Source: an uncultured Actinomycetes bacterium | GTDB lineage: Bacteria; Actinomycetota; UBA4738; JBBDTT01 | Assembly (NCBI GenBank): GCA_963742735.1 | Contig: CAVUMN010000003.1 | Location: 704,001 to 768,000, forward strand | Length of the DNA stretch: 64,000 nucleotides | Reading direction: 5' to 3' | In this document: in pieces, positions 50,998 through 61,026 of the stretch | Layout: every line of letters starts with the position of its first letter | How positions within the stretch are numbered: the first letter of the stretch is position 1 | Notes under the pieces: model-generated | The model's database searches: none | What the model saw: the letters and a program-made list of their open reading frames with translations, nothing else | What the model was told of the DNA's origin: nothing | Position numbers and translations under genes: made by a program

Positions 50998-51543
50998 ATG
51001 GCGAGGCGCCCACGCGAGCCGAACCCGCACATCCTGCCGATCCGCATCTTCGGCGACCCCGTGCTGAAGGAGCGCTCCCGTGAGGTCGAGGTGTTCGACG
51101 ATGCGCTTCGTCAGCTGGCCGCCAACATGCTGGTGACGATGTACGACGCGCCGGGGGTCGGGCTGGCCGCACCCCAGATCGGCCGGGCCATCCGGCTCGT
51201 CGTGTGGGACGACGGCGAGCACGGTCCCCAGGCCATGGCCAACCCCGTCCTGTCGAACAAGGAGGGCGAGCAGGAGGACGACGAGGGCTGCCTGTCGGTT
51301 CCCGGCCTGTACTTTCCCGTCCACCGCCTGAGCCGGGTGCGAGCCGACGGCTTCGACCTGGACGGGCAGCCGATGACCGTGGAGGGTGAGGGGCTCCTGG
51401 CCCGCATCCTGCAGCACGAGTTCGACCACCTGGAGGGCACGCTGATCCTGGAGCGGATCAGCCGCGAGGACCGGGCCCGCGCGATGGCCGAGATCCGCGA
51501 CGCCGAGATGGGGCTTGCCTCCCGCTTCTCCAGAAGCCGCTAG
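50998..51543 (+). CDS. def: peptide deformylase
   Basis: GVGLAAPQIG, EGCLS, QHEFDH. Confidence 0.97.
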   Translation: MARRPREPNPHILPIRIFGDPVLKERSREVEVFDDALRQLAANMLVTMYDAPGVGLAAPQIGRAIRLVVWDDGEHGPQAMANPVLSNKEGEQEDDEGCLSVPGLYFPVHRLSRVRADGFDLDGQPMTVEGEGLLARILQHEFDHLEGTLILERISREDRARAMAEIRDAEMGLASRFSRSR

Positions 51544-51546
51544 CCG

Positions 51547-52470
51547 GTGCGGGTCGCGTTCCTCGGGAGCGACCGGTGGTCGGTCCCGTCGCTGGAGGCC
51601 CTCGCCGAGTCCCCGCACCAGGTGGAGCTGGTCCTCACCCGCGAGCCCAAGCCGGCCGGCCGGGGATCCAGGCTCACCCCGACCCCCGTGGCCGATTCGG
51701 CCCGCGCGCTCGGTCTGCCGCTGGGCGAGGTGCCGAGCGTGGTGCGCGACGAGGGCCTCGAGCGCCTGCGGGGTGCGGCTCCGGAGGCGCTGGTGGTCGT
51801 GGCCTACGGCGAGATCCTCCCCGCAGAGGTCCTGGAGCTCCCCACGCGAATGCCCGTGAACCTGCACTTCTCGCTACTTCCGGAGCTGCGGGGGGCCGCC
51901 CCCGTCCAGCACGCGATCCTGCGGGGGCTGGTGGCCACCGGCGTGACCACCATCCGCATGGACGAGGGCATGGACACCGGGCCGATCCTGCTCCAGGCCG
52001 AGGAGGCGATCCTGGACGACGACGACGCGGGCTCGCTCGGCGGGCGGCTGGCCGCGCGGGGGGCGACGCTGCTCGTGGAGACCGTGTCGCGCCTGGAGTC
52101 CGGGGACCTGGCGGAGCGGCCGCAGGATTCGTCCGGCGCGACGATGGCGCCGAAGCTCGGCAAGGCGGACCGCGACCTCGACTGGTCCGAGCCGGCCGGG
52201 GCGGTGGTCCGGCGGGTCCGGGCCCTGGCCCCCGAGCCGGGCGCGACCGCCCGCTACCGGGACAAGGTCCTGAAGGTGTTCCGGGCCCATCCCGTGGAGG
52301 GAAGCGGGCCGCCGGGCGAGGTGGCGCTCGTCTCCAACGACGGGCTGGCCGTCGCCGCCGGCGAGGGGCTGGTCGCGCTGGACGAGGTCGCCCCGGAGGG
52401 GCGGCCCAGGATGAGCGGAGGTGAGTTCGTTCGTGGCTACCGGCCCGAGCCAGGGCAAGCCCTCCAGTAG
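51547..52470 (+). CDS. fmt: methionyl-tRNA formyltransferase
   Basis: VVAYG, NLHFSLLP..RGAAP, MDEGMDTG. Confidence 0.96.
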   Translation: MRVAFLGSDRWSVPSLEALAESPHQVELVLTREPKPAGRGSRLTPTPVADSARALGLPLGEVPSVVRDEGLERLRGAAPEALVVVAYGEILPAEVLELPTRMPVNLHFSLLPELRGAAPVQHAILRGLVATGVTTIRMDEGMDTGPILLQAEEAILDDDDAGSLGGRLAARGATLLVETVSRLESGDLAERPQDSSGATMAPKLGKADRDLDWSEPAGAVVRRVRALAPEPGATARYRDKVLKVFRAHPVEGSGPPGEVALVSNDGLAVAAGEGLVALDEVAPEGRPRMSGGEFVRGYRPEPGQALQ

Positions 52471-53785
52471 TTCCTCGAGGAGCCGGGGCCGGCGCGCGAC
52501 GAGCGACGTCCGGCGCCTGGCCCTGCGCGTCCTCCGCCGGGTCATCGAGCACGGCGCCTACTCGAACCTGGCGCTGTCGGCCGAGCTCTCCCACGCCAAG
52601 CTCTCCAAGCAGGACCGCGACCTGGCCTCGGAGCTGGTCCGGGGGACGCTGCGGCGCAAGGTCACGCTCGACTGGTACCTCGAGCAGGTCCTGGACCGGC
52701 CCATCGCCCGGGTCGAGCCCGGGGCGCTGGCGGTGCTCGAGCTCGGCGCGTACCAGCTGCTGTTCACGCGCATCCCGCCCCACGCCGCCGTCGGCGAGAC
52801 GGTCTCGCTCGCGGAGGAGCGGGCTCGGGGGTTCACGAACGCGGTCCTGCGCCGGCTCGCCCGGCGGACGCCCGAGCTCCCGTCGAAGCCGGACGACGAG
52901 TCGACCGCCGTCCGCACCGGCCTGGTCACGTGGGCCGTGCGGGAGCTTCGACGGCTGCTGCCCTCCGACCAGGTGGAGGCCGCCGCCGCGGCCCTGGCGT
53001 CGCAGGCCCCGCTCTCCCTTCGCGCGAACGCGTGCCGCGCCACCGTCGAGGAGGTCGCCGAGGCCCTGCGGGAACGGGGCGACGAGCCGCGCCCCGGCGG
53101 CCTGCACCCCGACGTCCTGCTGCTGGACGGCGGCGACCCGGTTCGGCTGCCCGGATTCAAGGAGGGGCGCTTCGCCATCCAGGACCAGGCGTCCGCGCTG
53201 GTCGTCTGGGCGCTCGATCCCCAGCCGGGGGAGCGGATCCTGGACGCGTGCGCCGGCCCGGGAGGCAAGGCCGCCGACATCGCCTGCCGTGCGCCGGGGG
53301 GGCCGACGGTCGCGGGCGACCTGACCGAGCGCCGGGCCCGCCTGGTCACCGAGACCGTCGAACGCCTGGGGGCGCCGGTGCACGTCCTGGTCCAGGACGC
53401 CCGGCATCCCGCGCTGAGGGAGGGGGCGTTCGACCGGGTGCTCGTCGACGCGCCGTGCTCCGGCCTCGGCTCCGCTCGCCGCCGCCCCGAGCTGCTGTGG
53501 CGGCCGATGCGCAACGACCTGTCGCGGATGGCCCGTCTCCAGGTAGCCATCCTTTCGGGCGCCGCGGCCCTGGTCCGGCCGGGGGGCGTGCTGGTCTACT
53601 CGGTGTGCACGTTTCCCCGCGCCGAGACCGACGCCGCGTGCGACGCGTTCCTTCGCACCAACGAGGGGTTCACGCCGGACCCGTTCGAAGGCCCGGACGG
53701 CCGGGCGGCGCGGATGCGGCTGTGGCCTCACCGCCACGGGACCGACGCGATGTTCGTCGCGCGGTTCGTGCGCGGCGGCGGCTAG
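52421..53785 (+). CDS. rsmB: 16S rRNA m5C967 methyltransferase (Sun/Fmu)
   Basis: NusB-like N-domain, QDQAS, DACAGPGGK, VDAPCSGLG, YSVCT; start uncertain. Confidence 0.93.
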   Translation: MSSFVATGPSQGKPSSSSSRSRGRRATSDVRRLALRVLRRVIEHGAYSNLALSAELSHAKLSKQDRDLASELVRGTLRRKVTLDWYLEQVLDRPIARVEPGALAVLELGAYQLLFTRIPPHAAVGETVSLAEERARGFTNAVLRRLARRTPELPSKPDDESTAVRTGLVTWAVRELRRLLPSDQVEAAAAALASQAPLSLRANACRATVEEVAEALRERGDEPRPGGLHPDVLLLDGGDPVRLPGFKEGRFAIQDQASALVVWALDPQPGERILDACAGPGGKAADIACRAPGGPTVAGDLTERRARLVTETVERLGAPVHVLVQDARHPALREGAFDRVLVDAPCSGLGSARRRPELLWRPMRNDLSRMARLQVAILSGAAALVRPGGVLVYSVCTFPRAETDAACDAFLRTNEGFTPDPFEGPDGRAARMRLWPHRHGTDAMFVARFVRGGG

Positions 53786-53796
53786 ACTTCGGCACC

Positions 53797-54459
53797 GTGC
53801 CCGCCAAGCTCGCCGCCTCCATCCTGTCCGCGGATTTCGCGCACCTCGCCGACCAGGTCGCGCTGGTCGAGCCCTACGCGGAGGCCCTGCACATCGACGC
53901 GATGGACGGCCAGTTCGTGCCGACCATCGGGATCGGGCCGCAGGTCGTCGCCTCGCTGCGGCCCGTGTTCAACCTGTTCTTCCACTGCCACCTCATGGTC
54001 CGGGAGCCGGAGAAGCAGTTCGCAGATTTCGCGAAGGCCGGGGCGAACCTGATCACCCCGCACCTCGAGGCGGTCGAGGATCCGGCGCGGGCCATCGCCG
54101 CCCTCCAGGCGCTGGACGTCCAGCCCGGCCTGGCCATCAACCCCGAGACGCCGGCGGAGGCCTTGTTCCCGTACCTGGACGAGCTGGCCGACGTGATCGT
54201 GATGACCGTGAACCCGGGGTGGGCCGGCCAGGCGTTCCTGCCGGAGGGCCTGCCGAAGGTCGCCGCCCTCCGCGCGGAGATCGACCGCCGCGGGCTGGCC
54301 ACCGACATCGAGGTCGACGGCGGCATCAACGAGGAGACCGGCCGGCAGTGCCTGGAGGCCGGGGCAACGGTCCTGGCCGCGGCGTCGTCGATCTTCAAGG
54401 ATCCCGACCCGTCCGAGGCCGCCCGCCGCCTGGCCGCCGTGGCCCACGGGGAGGACTGA
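53797..54459 (+). CDS. rpe: ribulose-phosphate 3-epimerase
   Basis: SILSADF, HIDAMDG.FVP, HLM, MTVNPG, VDGGI. Confidence 0.96.
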   Translation: MPAKLAASILSADFAHLADQVALVEPYAEALHIDAMDGQFVPTIGIGPQVVASLRPVFNLFFHCHLMVREPEKQFADFAKAGANLITPHLEAVEDPARAIAALQALDVQPGLAINPETPAEALFPYLDELADVIVMTVNPGWAGQAFLPEGLPKVAALRAEIDRRGLATDIEVDGGINEETGRQCLEAGATVLAAASSIFKDPDPSEAARRLAAVAHGED

Positions 54460-54488
54460 GGGCCGCCCCCCGCGAATTGAACCGTCCT

Positions 54489-56360
54489 ATGCGCGCTCGC
54501 ATCCTGGCCACGGCCGCCCTCGCGGCGATCGTCGTGGCCTCGCTCCCCACCGGCCCGGCGCAGGCGACGCCCGTCATGTGTGCCGAGGGGGACGTCACCA
54601 CCGACGGCCGGGTCTTCCCCGAGCCCCGGGTGAGCGCCACCTTCCTGCGCTTCGACGAGTTCGAGTGCGCGATCGAGCTCGTCGAGTCGCGGTACCCGGA
54701 CCTGGTCGAGGTCACGGTGGCGGGGGAGTCCGAGGGCGGTCACCCGGTCTACGACGTGCTGCTCACGGATGAGACCGTGAAGGCGAGGAAGCGGAAGCTG
54801 CTGGTGGTCTCCTCGATCCACGGCGGCGAGGTTGGCGGCCGCGAGGGCGCCGTGCGGTGCATCGAGGACCTCCTCGACGAGCGCTTCCTGGCGGGCGAGG
54901 AGTGGGTGCAGAAGGTCCTCGACCGCTTCGTCATCCACTTCCTGTTCCCGAACCCGGACGGATGGGTGAACGGCGACATCACCGGCAGCCCGGGCGCCGG
55001 CGTGATGTCCACCCGCGGCAACGTGGACGGCTTCGACCTGAACCGGCAGTTCCCGGTGAAGGGCTACATCTACAACGAGAACGAGAGCTACTCGCAGCCC
55101 GAGGCGCACGACGTGGTCCGCTCGCTGTTCGGGACGGCGCAGAAGCGGCGGGACTGGTACCTGGGCACCGACAACCACGGACAGGGACCCGACACCTATG
55201 CCGCCGCCGGCCTGCAGATCGTCGGCCAGTTCGACTACCAGAAGTCCGAGACGCTGGCGCGGTTCGCCGACGGGATCACCGAGGCGATGGCCGAGTACGA
55301 CGTCCTTTCGGCCCTCGCCACGCTGAACGAGGCGACCGGCGGGGACCTCGGGCCGTACCACTGGGGGACCCTCTACGACATGCTCGGGTACTCGGCGTCG
55401 GGCTCGTTGATCGACTACTACAACACCGAGTCGGCCACCGACGGATGGGGGTTCGCCACCGAGCTCACCGCGGGCACCGAGGTGAACTGGGTCACCCACC
55501 CGGGGCTGCTCAACCAGGTCTGGGTGGACTCCATCCGCGCCATCAACTACACAATGTTTCGCCAGGCCGTGGACCCGAAGCGATTCACGTATCGGGTCAA
55601 GGGCCGCGCCGCCTACGTGTTCGACCCCCAGGTGGTGACGAATACCGACGCCAACGGCGCGGGGTTCTTCGACCCCGAGGCCGTGCCGGCCGTCAAGCAG
55701 CAGCCCTACCGGGTCACGCGGATGCGGTTCTTCTCCGACCTCAACCGGTACGCCTCCCGCCCGCTGACGAAGGTCCGGGTGGGGGACCTCGTCTCGGGCC
55801 GGGTGAACCTCAACCGGTTCGACAGCCTCGTCCTGGCCAACGACGCGATCCCCGAGCGGACGAACCCGGCCCGGTGGTACGGGTTCCTCAAGCGGTGGGT
55901 GTCCCGCGGCGGGAACCTGATCGTCACCGACGCCGCGGCCGGGGTGCTGGCGAAGCTCGGGATCGTGGCCCCGGACGCGATAACGGTCGAGACCGGCTAC
56001 GTCGGCTCGGTCGAGGAGTTCGTGGACCGCGCGCACCCGCTGAACGCGGGCCTGCGCGGCGTGGCCAGCCAGACCTACGACACCGTGCCCATCGGCTACG
56101 CGTTCCCGCCCGCCGGGAACAACGCCCCGAACTGGAAGGTGGACCAGGCCGCCTGGGAGGCGGCCGGCGGGTACACGGCCGGGCTGAACGGCGAGGGCAA
56201 GACCATCTACGGCGAGGTGCCTCTGGGGACGGGGACGGTCCGATTCCTGGGTGCGCTCCTGCCGGACCCGACCGAGGCCTTCTATCACCCGTACGGGCTG
56301 CAGAGCTACGCGGTCACCTACACCGGCTACACGCTTCTGCAGAACATGCTCAACGCGTGA
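54489..56360 (+). CDS. secreted M14-family zinc carboxypeptidase with C-terminal GATase-like domain
   Basis: Sec signal ending AQA; IHGGE (HxxE), NPDG, R.N...DLNR, DNHG. Confidence 0.8.
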   Translation: MRARILATAALAAIVVASLPTGPAQATPVMCAEGDVTTDGRVFPEPRVSATFLRFDEFECAIELVESRYPDLVEVTVAGESEGGHPVYDVLLTDETVKARKRKLLVVSSIHGGEVGGREGAVRCIEDLLDERFLAGEEWVQKVLDRFVIHFLFPNPDGWVNGDITGSPGAGVMSTRGNVDGFDLNRQFPVKGYIYNENESYSQPEAHDVVRSLFGTAQKRRDWYLGTDNHGQGPDTYAAAGLQIVGQFDYQKSETLARFADGITEAMAEYDVLSALATLNEATGGDLGPYHWGTLYDMLGYSASGSLIDYYNTESATDGWGFATELTAGTEVNWVTHPGLLNQVWVDSIRAINYTMFRQAVDPKRFTYRVKGRAAYVFDPQVVTNTDANGAGFFDPEAVPAVKQQPYRVTRMRFFSDLNRYASRPLTKVRVGDLVSGRVNLNRFDSLVLANDAIPERTNPARWYGFLKRWVSRGGNLIVTDAAAGVLAKLGIVAPDAITVETGYVGSVEEFVDRAHPLNAGLRGVASQTYDTVPIGYAFPPAGNNAPNWKVDQAAWEAAGGYTAGLNGEGKTIYGEVPLGTGTVRFLGALLPDPTEAFYHPYGLQSYAVTYTGYTLLQNMLNA

Positions 56361-56363
56361 GAC

Positions 56364-58553
56364 TCAGCTGATCGGTGATCCCGGCCGCTCGCCGGCTGCC
56401 GACGCCACCCGCGCGGCCGCCTGACGGGCCGCGGACAGGTCCTCCTCGGCGGGGGGTGACGTCGAGAAGAGCTCGCGCTCGAACGTCCCCACGACCAGCG
56501 CCACCGCGTCGCCCTCCCGGCGGGCGACCGGATCCTCGGCCAGCAGCCGCCCGAGGTGTTCACGAGGTGTGCGGCTCGCCGGGCGAGGGATGCCGCGCGC
56601 CTCGAAGGTCCGGCACATCGCGACGAACGCCTCGGCCGCCGGCGAGAGCGGCGGACCTCGGTGCCGCCGCCGGCGGAGCAGCAGCGCGAGGGGCACGGCC
56701 AGCAACAGCGCGCCGGCCACGACCGGCCAGGCCCGGGCCGCGGCCACCCCGGCCCGCCCGATGGCCCGCCCCGCGTCCTTCACGGCCTCGCGGACGGGGC
56801 CGGGCACGAGGCCTCCCAGGAACTCGGCGACGTCGCGCAGGACCTGGGCGGCGATCCAGCGGGGCCCGGAGCTCTGCCCGACGTTGGGCACGCCGAAGGT
56901 GGGGTCGAACTGGACCCACCCCGTGAACGGGAAGTACACCTCCACCCAGGCGTGGGCGTCCGCCTCGGCCACCTCGAAGTAGCCGGTGAACACGTTGCGG
57001 GTACCCGGGCCGAAGCCGACCGCGAGCCGGGTGGGGATCCCCACCGCCCGCAGGAGCATGGCCATCGACGTGGCGATGTGCTCGCAGAACCCCTCCCGGC
57101 GCTCGAACAGGAACTCCTCGAGTGGGTCGCGGCCCTCGATCTCTGGGGGGATGTCCAGGTTGTAGCGGGTGTTCGCCCGGAGCCACGACTGGACGGCCAG
57201 GGCCCGGTCGTAGTCGGTGGGGGCGCCGGACGTGATCCGCCGGGCCAGCGCGCGGACCCGCGGCGAGAAGTCGCCTGGGACCTGCGTGTAGCGCTCCAGG
57301 TCGAACCCCTCGGAGTAGTTCACCGACTGCCGCAGCAGGAACGGGTCCCGCGAGGGGATCGTGGAGACCACGCTGTAGACCATCCCCTCCTCGAGCAGGA
57401 GGGGCGAGATGACCGAGCCGTACGCGTCGACCTCCACGCCGGCCGCCGGGAAGTACAGCTGCCGGGGCTGATACGCGCCGAACACGATGTTCGGCTGCTC
57501 GACCTGCACGTAGAAGGTCTGCACCAGCTCCTCGCCCACGCCGACCACATCGTGGTCGGGGACGGGGATCGTGAGGGGGGCGGGGCCGCCGACCGCGTCC
57601 AGGCTGGTCAGCGACGCGGACCACCGCACGCCGTCGAAGGCGTCGTAGGCCTGCCCCCGCCACAACGACGGCTCGGGGGAGCGGACCTTCAGGACGACCC
57701 GGTCCGACAGCATGCCGCGCGATCGGAGGTCGACGCCGGCGCCGAACCCCGGGTACCCCAGCCCGCTGAACGGCGCGGGGTTGTCGCCGCGCGACGCCGG
57801 CAACGCGGGGTTCACCACGCCACCCCCGCCGGACTGGACGCGCTGGGCGACCGAGAACGGCAGCGCGGTCACGTTCATGCCCTTCAGGCGCGGGAGGGAG
57901 ATGAACAGCAGGCCGGTGACCAGGACCCCGACCACGGCGATCCGGATCCCCGTCCGGGCCGCGCCGAGCAGGTTCCGCCGGGGCCGGGGTGGCCCGCTCG
58001 GGCCGAGCGCGATCGCCGTCGCCGACGCCTCGGCCGACCGGTGCTGCGACACGTACAGCCACAGGCCGGCCAGGATCGAGTACGGCAGCAGGAAGAGCAG
58101 GAACGTCGTGTCCAGCGAGAGCGATCCCGCCTCGGCCATGAGGATCACGCTCGAGGCGATCGAGAACGCCAGGTCCCGCCGCCGGGGGAGGTCGAAGGAG
58201 TGCAGGATCTGCACCCACAGGAACAGCGACGCCAGCGAGGCCCGGGCCTCGTCCACGGAGACGGCCAGGTTCACCTGGAGCAGGAACCCGCCCAGGGACG
58301 CCAGCAGCCCGACGGCCAGGACGATCTTCAGGACCACGTTCTTCTCGTGCCGGCGCACGTGAGAGAAGGCGTAGCCGACCGGGACGAGCACCAGCGACCC
58401 GATCGCGGTGGCGGCGTCCACCGCGCCCTGGACGATCACCGCGACCACCGAGACGAGCACGACGGCCAGGACCAGCGCGCGCAGGCGCACCGAGTCCTCC
58501 GGGCCCTCCTTCGGCCTGCGCAGCAGCCGGATCTCGGGCGGGCGGCCGCTCAT
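56364..58553 (-). CDS. transglutaminase-like membrane protein (TgpA/DUF3488 + TGase + DUF4129-like)
   Basis: N-terminal TM bundle; GFCEHIA (Cys), AHAWVE (His), FDPT (Asp) triad; ATGA-type overlap with DUF58 gene. Confidence 0.88.
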   Translation of the reverse strand: MSGRPPEIRLLRRPKEGPEDSVRLRALVLAVVLVSVVAVIVQGAVDAATAIGSLVLVPVGYAFSHVRRHEKNVVLKIVLAVGLLASLGGFLLQVNLAVSVDEARASLASLFLWVQILHSFDLPRRRDLAFSIASSVILMAEAGSLSLDTTFLLFLLPYSILAGLWLYVSQHRSAEASATAIALGPSGPPRPRRNLLGAARTGIRIAVVGVLVTGLLFISLPRLKGMNVTALPFSVAQRVQSGGGGVVNPALPASRGDNPAPFSGLGYPGFGAGVDLRSRGMLSDRVVLKVRSPEPSLWRGQAYDAFDGVRWSASLTSLDAVGGPAPLTIPVPDHDVVGVGEELVQTFYVQVEQPNIVFGAYQPRQLYFPAAGVEVDAYGSVISPLLLEEGMVYSVVSTIPSRDPFLLRQSVNYSEGFDLERYTQVPGDFSPRVRALARRITSGAPTDYDRALAVQSWLRANTRYNLDIPPEIEGRDPLEEFLFERREGFCEHIATSMAMLLRAVGIPTRLAVGFGPGTRNVFTGYFEVAEADAHAWVEVYFPFTGWVQFDPTFGVPNVGQSSGPRWIAAQVLRDVAEFLGGLVPGPVREAVKDAGRAIGRAGVAAARAWPVVAGALLLAVPLALLLRRRRHRGPPLSPAAEAFVAMCRTFEARGIPRPASRTPREHLGRLLAEDPVARREGDAVALVVGTFERELFSTSPPAEEDLSAARQAAARVASAAGERPGSPIS

Positions 58554-59773
58554 CGGGTCACCTCCGGGACCGCGGACAGCGACTCGGCCAGGTCGTGGCC
58601 GGCGGCCAGCCGCGACACCGTCGCCCCCCGCGAGACGAGCATCAGCGACGCGCGTCCGGCGCCCTCGCCGTCGAGCGCCGGCTCGCGACCCGGGGTGAAC
58701 GTGGCCGCGTCGACCAGGCTCACCTGGATCGCGACGCCCCGCGCCGCGAGCGCCGCCACCAGGGCCGGGGCCCGCTCCAGGTTCGCGGCCCACGTGGGCG
58801 CGACGATCAGGACGGCGTCGGGGTTTCCGAGCGACGCCATCGCCTCGACGAGGCCGTCGAGGGGCACGCCTCCCTGCGCGCGGGCCGCCGCCAGCCCGGT
58901 GAGCAGCTCGCCACGCGACGCGGACGCCACCGTCTCGACCCGGCCGTCGCGGCCGGCGGCGAGGCCGACCGAGGCTCCCCGGGCCAGCGCGTGGACTCCT
59001 ACCGAGGCGGCGACGGCGCAGGCGAGGTCGAGCGCGGTCTCCGGGTCCTCGGGGGCCGAGTCGGCCCACGTGTCCAGCATGATCGCCAGCCGGCGGGGTT
59101 CCTCGCGCTCGAACTCGCGGACGATCAGGGTCCCGTGGCGGGCGGTCGACGGCCAGTGGACGTGGCGAAGGCTGTCGCCGCGCCGGTACTCGCGGATCCC
59201 CATGAAGTCGCCGCCGGCCCCGTGGCGGGGGGCGGTCTGCGGCGAGGGCTCGGTGCGGGCCGGCCGGTCGAGCAGGGGTACCCGGCCGAGGGGTACGACC
59301 CGCGGGTAGATCACCGTCCGCCCCCCCGCCGGGACCCGCCGGCGCGCGGTGGCCACGCCGAACGGGGCGGACGAGGACACGACGACCGGGTCGCCCTCCA
59401 CCATCCCGCGCCTCGCCGGCGCGCGGGGGGTGGACGCGCGGGCGTGCGCGCGCGGACCGAGCGAGGGCACGAACGCCGACGCCGGCGCGATGAACGGGTC
59501 GGTCACGAGCACGGAGAGCTTGGGGCGCCGCGTCGTGTTGCGGATCACCAGGTCGACCGAGACGGCTTCTCCGGCGGTCGCCTCGGCCGGAGCCCGGCGC
59601 TCGACCTCGATGCCCCGAACCTGGCGCGCGGGCAGGATCCACCCGGTCACCGCCGCGCCCAGCAGGAGGGCGGCGAGGGTCAGGACCCATCCGGACTGGA
59701 CGTTCGTCCCGACCAGGAACAGGATCGCCGCCCCGCCGATCAGCCCGACGGCCCGGCGGCGTGGACGGGGCAC
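58550..59773 (-). CDS. DUF58 domain protein
   Basis: IREYRRGDSLRHVHW.STAR, VREFE, LD. Confidence 0.9.
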   Translation of the reverse strand: MPRPRRRAVGLIGGAAILFLVGTNVQSGWVLTLAALLLGAAVTGWILPARQVRGIEVERRAPAEATAGEAVSVDLVIRNTTRRPKLSVLVTDPFIAPASAFVPSLGPRAHARASTPRAPARRGMVEGDPVVVSSSAPFGVATARRRVPAGGRTVIYPRVVPLGRVPLLDRPARTEPSPQTAPRHGAGGDFMGIREYRRGDSLRHVHWPSTARHGTLIVREFEREEPRRLAIMLDTWADSAPEDPETALDLACAVAASVGVHALARGASVGLAAGRDGRVETVASASRGELLTGLAAARAQGGVPLDGLVEAMASLGNPDAVLIVAPTWAANLERAPALVAALAARGVAIQVSLVDAATFTPGREPALDGEGAGRASLMLVSRGATVSRLAAGHDLAESLSAVPEVTR

Positions 59774-59780
59774 GACCGGC

Positions 59781-60743
59781 CTAGACGGGCTCGTCCACGC
59801 CGAGCGGGACGGGGACCTGCTCCAGGACCTCGTCGATCACGCCCCGGGCCCGCAGCGCCGTCGAGCCGCCCTGCGTCCGCAGCATCAGGCGGTGGGAGAG
59901 GATGGCCGGGACCAGGGCCTTGAGGTCGTCGGGGAGCGCGTAGTCGCGGCCGCGCACCATTGCGAGGGCCTGCGCGCAGTGGGTCAGGGCCAGGCTCGCC
60001 CGGGGCGACGCGCCCAGGGCCACATCCCGGTGCGACCGGGTGGCCTCGACCAGCGCCACCGCGTACTCGACGATCGCCGGCGCGACGTGCACCTCGCGCA
60101 CCAGGTGCTGCATCCGCACGAGCTCGTCCGCCGCCAGGACCGGCGCGAGGTCCTCGATCGGGTGCCGGCGGAGCTGCCGCGAGACGACCTCACGGGCCTC
60201 GTCGCCCTCGGGGTAGTCGACGTGAAGGGCCATGGTGAACCGGTCGAGCTGCCCCTCGGGGAGCGGATAGATCCCGTGGTGCTCGGCAGGGTTCTCCGTC
60301 GCCACCAGGAAGAACGGCGTGGGCAGGGGATGGGTGAGGCCCTCCACCGTCACCTGCCGCTCCTCCATGGGCTCCAGGAGCGCGGACTGCGTGCGCGGTG
60401 TTGCCCGGTTGATCTCGTCGACCAGGACCACGTTGGCGAACAGGGGGCCGGGGATGAACCGGAACTCGTGGCGGTCCTGGTCGTACACCGACACGCCGGT
60501 GACGTCCGAGGGCAGCAGGTCCGGGGTGGCCTGCACCCGGTTGAACGTGCCGTCGATCGAGCGGGCGATCGAGCGGGCGAGCATCGTCTTGCCGACCCCG
60601 GGGACCCCCTCGACCAGGAGGTTGCCGTCGGCCAGCAGGCACACCACCGCGGCCTCGACGATCGATCGCTTTCCGGAGATGACGCGCTCGACGTTCGCGA
60701 TCAGGCGGCGGACGTTCTCGGCGCGGTCGGGGCCCGTGGACAC
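59781..60743 (-). CDS. MoxR family AAA+ ATPase
   Basis: EGVPGVGKT, TPDLLPSD, DEINRA.P.TQSALLE, YPLPEGQLDRF, GASPRA; GTG 60743 (or ATG 60752). Confidence 0.93.
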   Translation of the reverse strand: MSTGPDRAENVRRLIANVERVISGKRSIVEAAVVCLLADGNLLVEGVPGVGKTMLARSIARSIDGTFNRVQATPDLLPSDVTGVSVYDQDRHEFRFIPGPLFANVVLVDEINRATPRTQSALLEPMEERQVTVEGLTHPLPTPFFLVATENPAEHHGIYPLPEGQLDRFTMALHVDYPEGDEAREVVSRQLRRHPIEDLAPVLAADELVRMQHLVREVHVAPAIVEYAVALVEATRSHRDVALGASPRASLALTHCAQALAMVRGRDYALPDDLKALVPAILSHRLMLRTQGGSTALRARGVIDEVLEQVPVPLGVDEPV

Positions 60744-60827
60744 AGCACGCATTGTCCCAGGTGGGAGCGGGTTCGCGGAAGGGAGAACCCTTCCAGACGC
60801 GCCGGTATACTCGGGTGAGAAGACAAG

Positions 60828-60952
60828 CTCGTCTTCGGGGCGGGGTGTGATTCCCCACCGGCGGTGAGAGTCCGCGACCCTCTGGCATCCGGTCAGGGGT
60901 GGACCCGGCGAAACTCCGGGACCGACCGTACAGTCGGGATGAGAGAGGACGG
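60828..60952 (+). ncRNA. FMN riboswitch (RFN element)
   Basis: GTCTTCGGGGCGGGGTG..ATTCCCCACCGGCGGT..AGTCCGCGA..GACCCGG.GAAACTCCGGG.CCGAC.GT..AGTC.GGATG.GAGA.GAC upstream of ribD; -10 TATACT at 60806. Confidence 0.95.
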
Positions 60953-61026
60953 GCAGCGACGACCGCGGCGCCTTCGGCGCGCCGCCCTCGCCCGCTTCCC
61001 TTCCCCCCGCTCCGGAAAGGCACGAC

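Noticed and set aside
56556-59309. 917-aa plus-strand ORF over the transglutaminase/DUF58 genes
   Set aside because: Antisense shadow; the minus strand carries the conserved catalytic motifs
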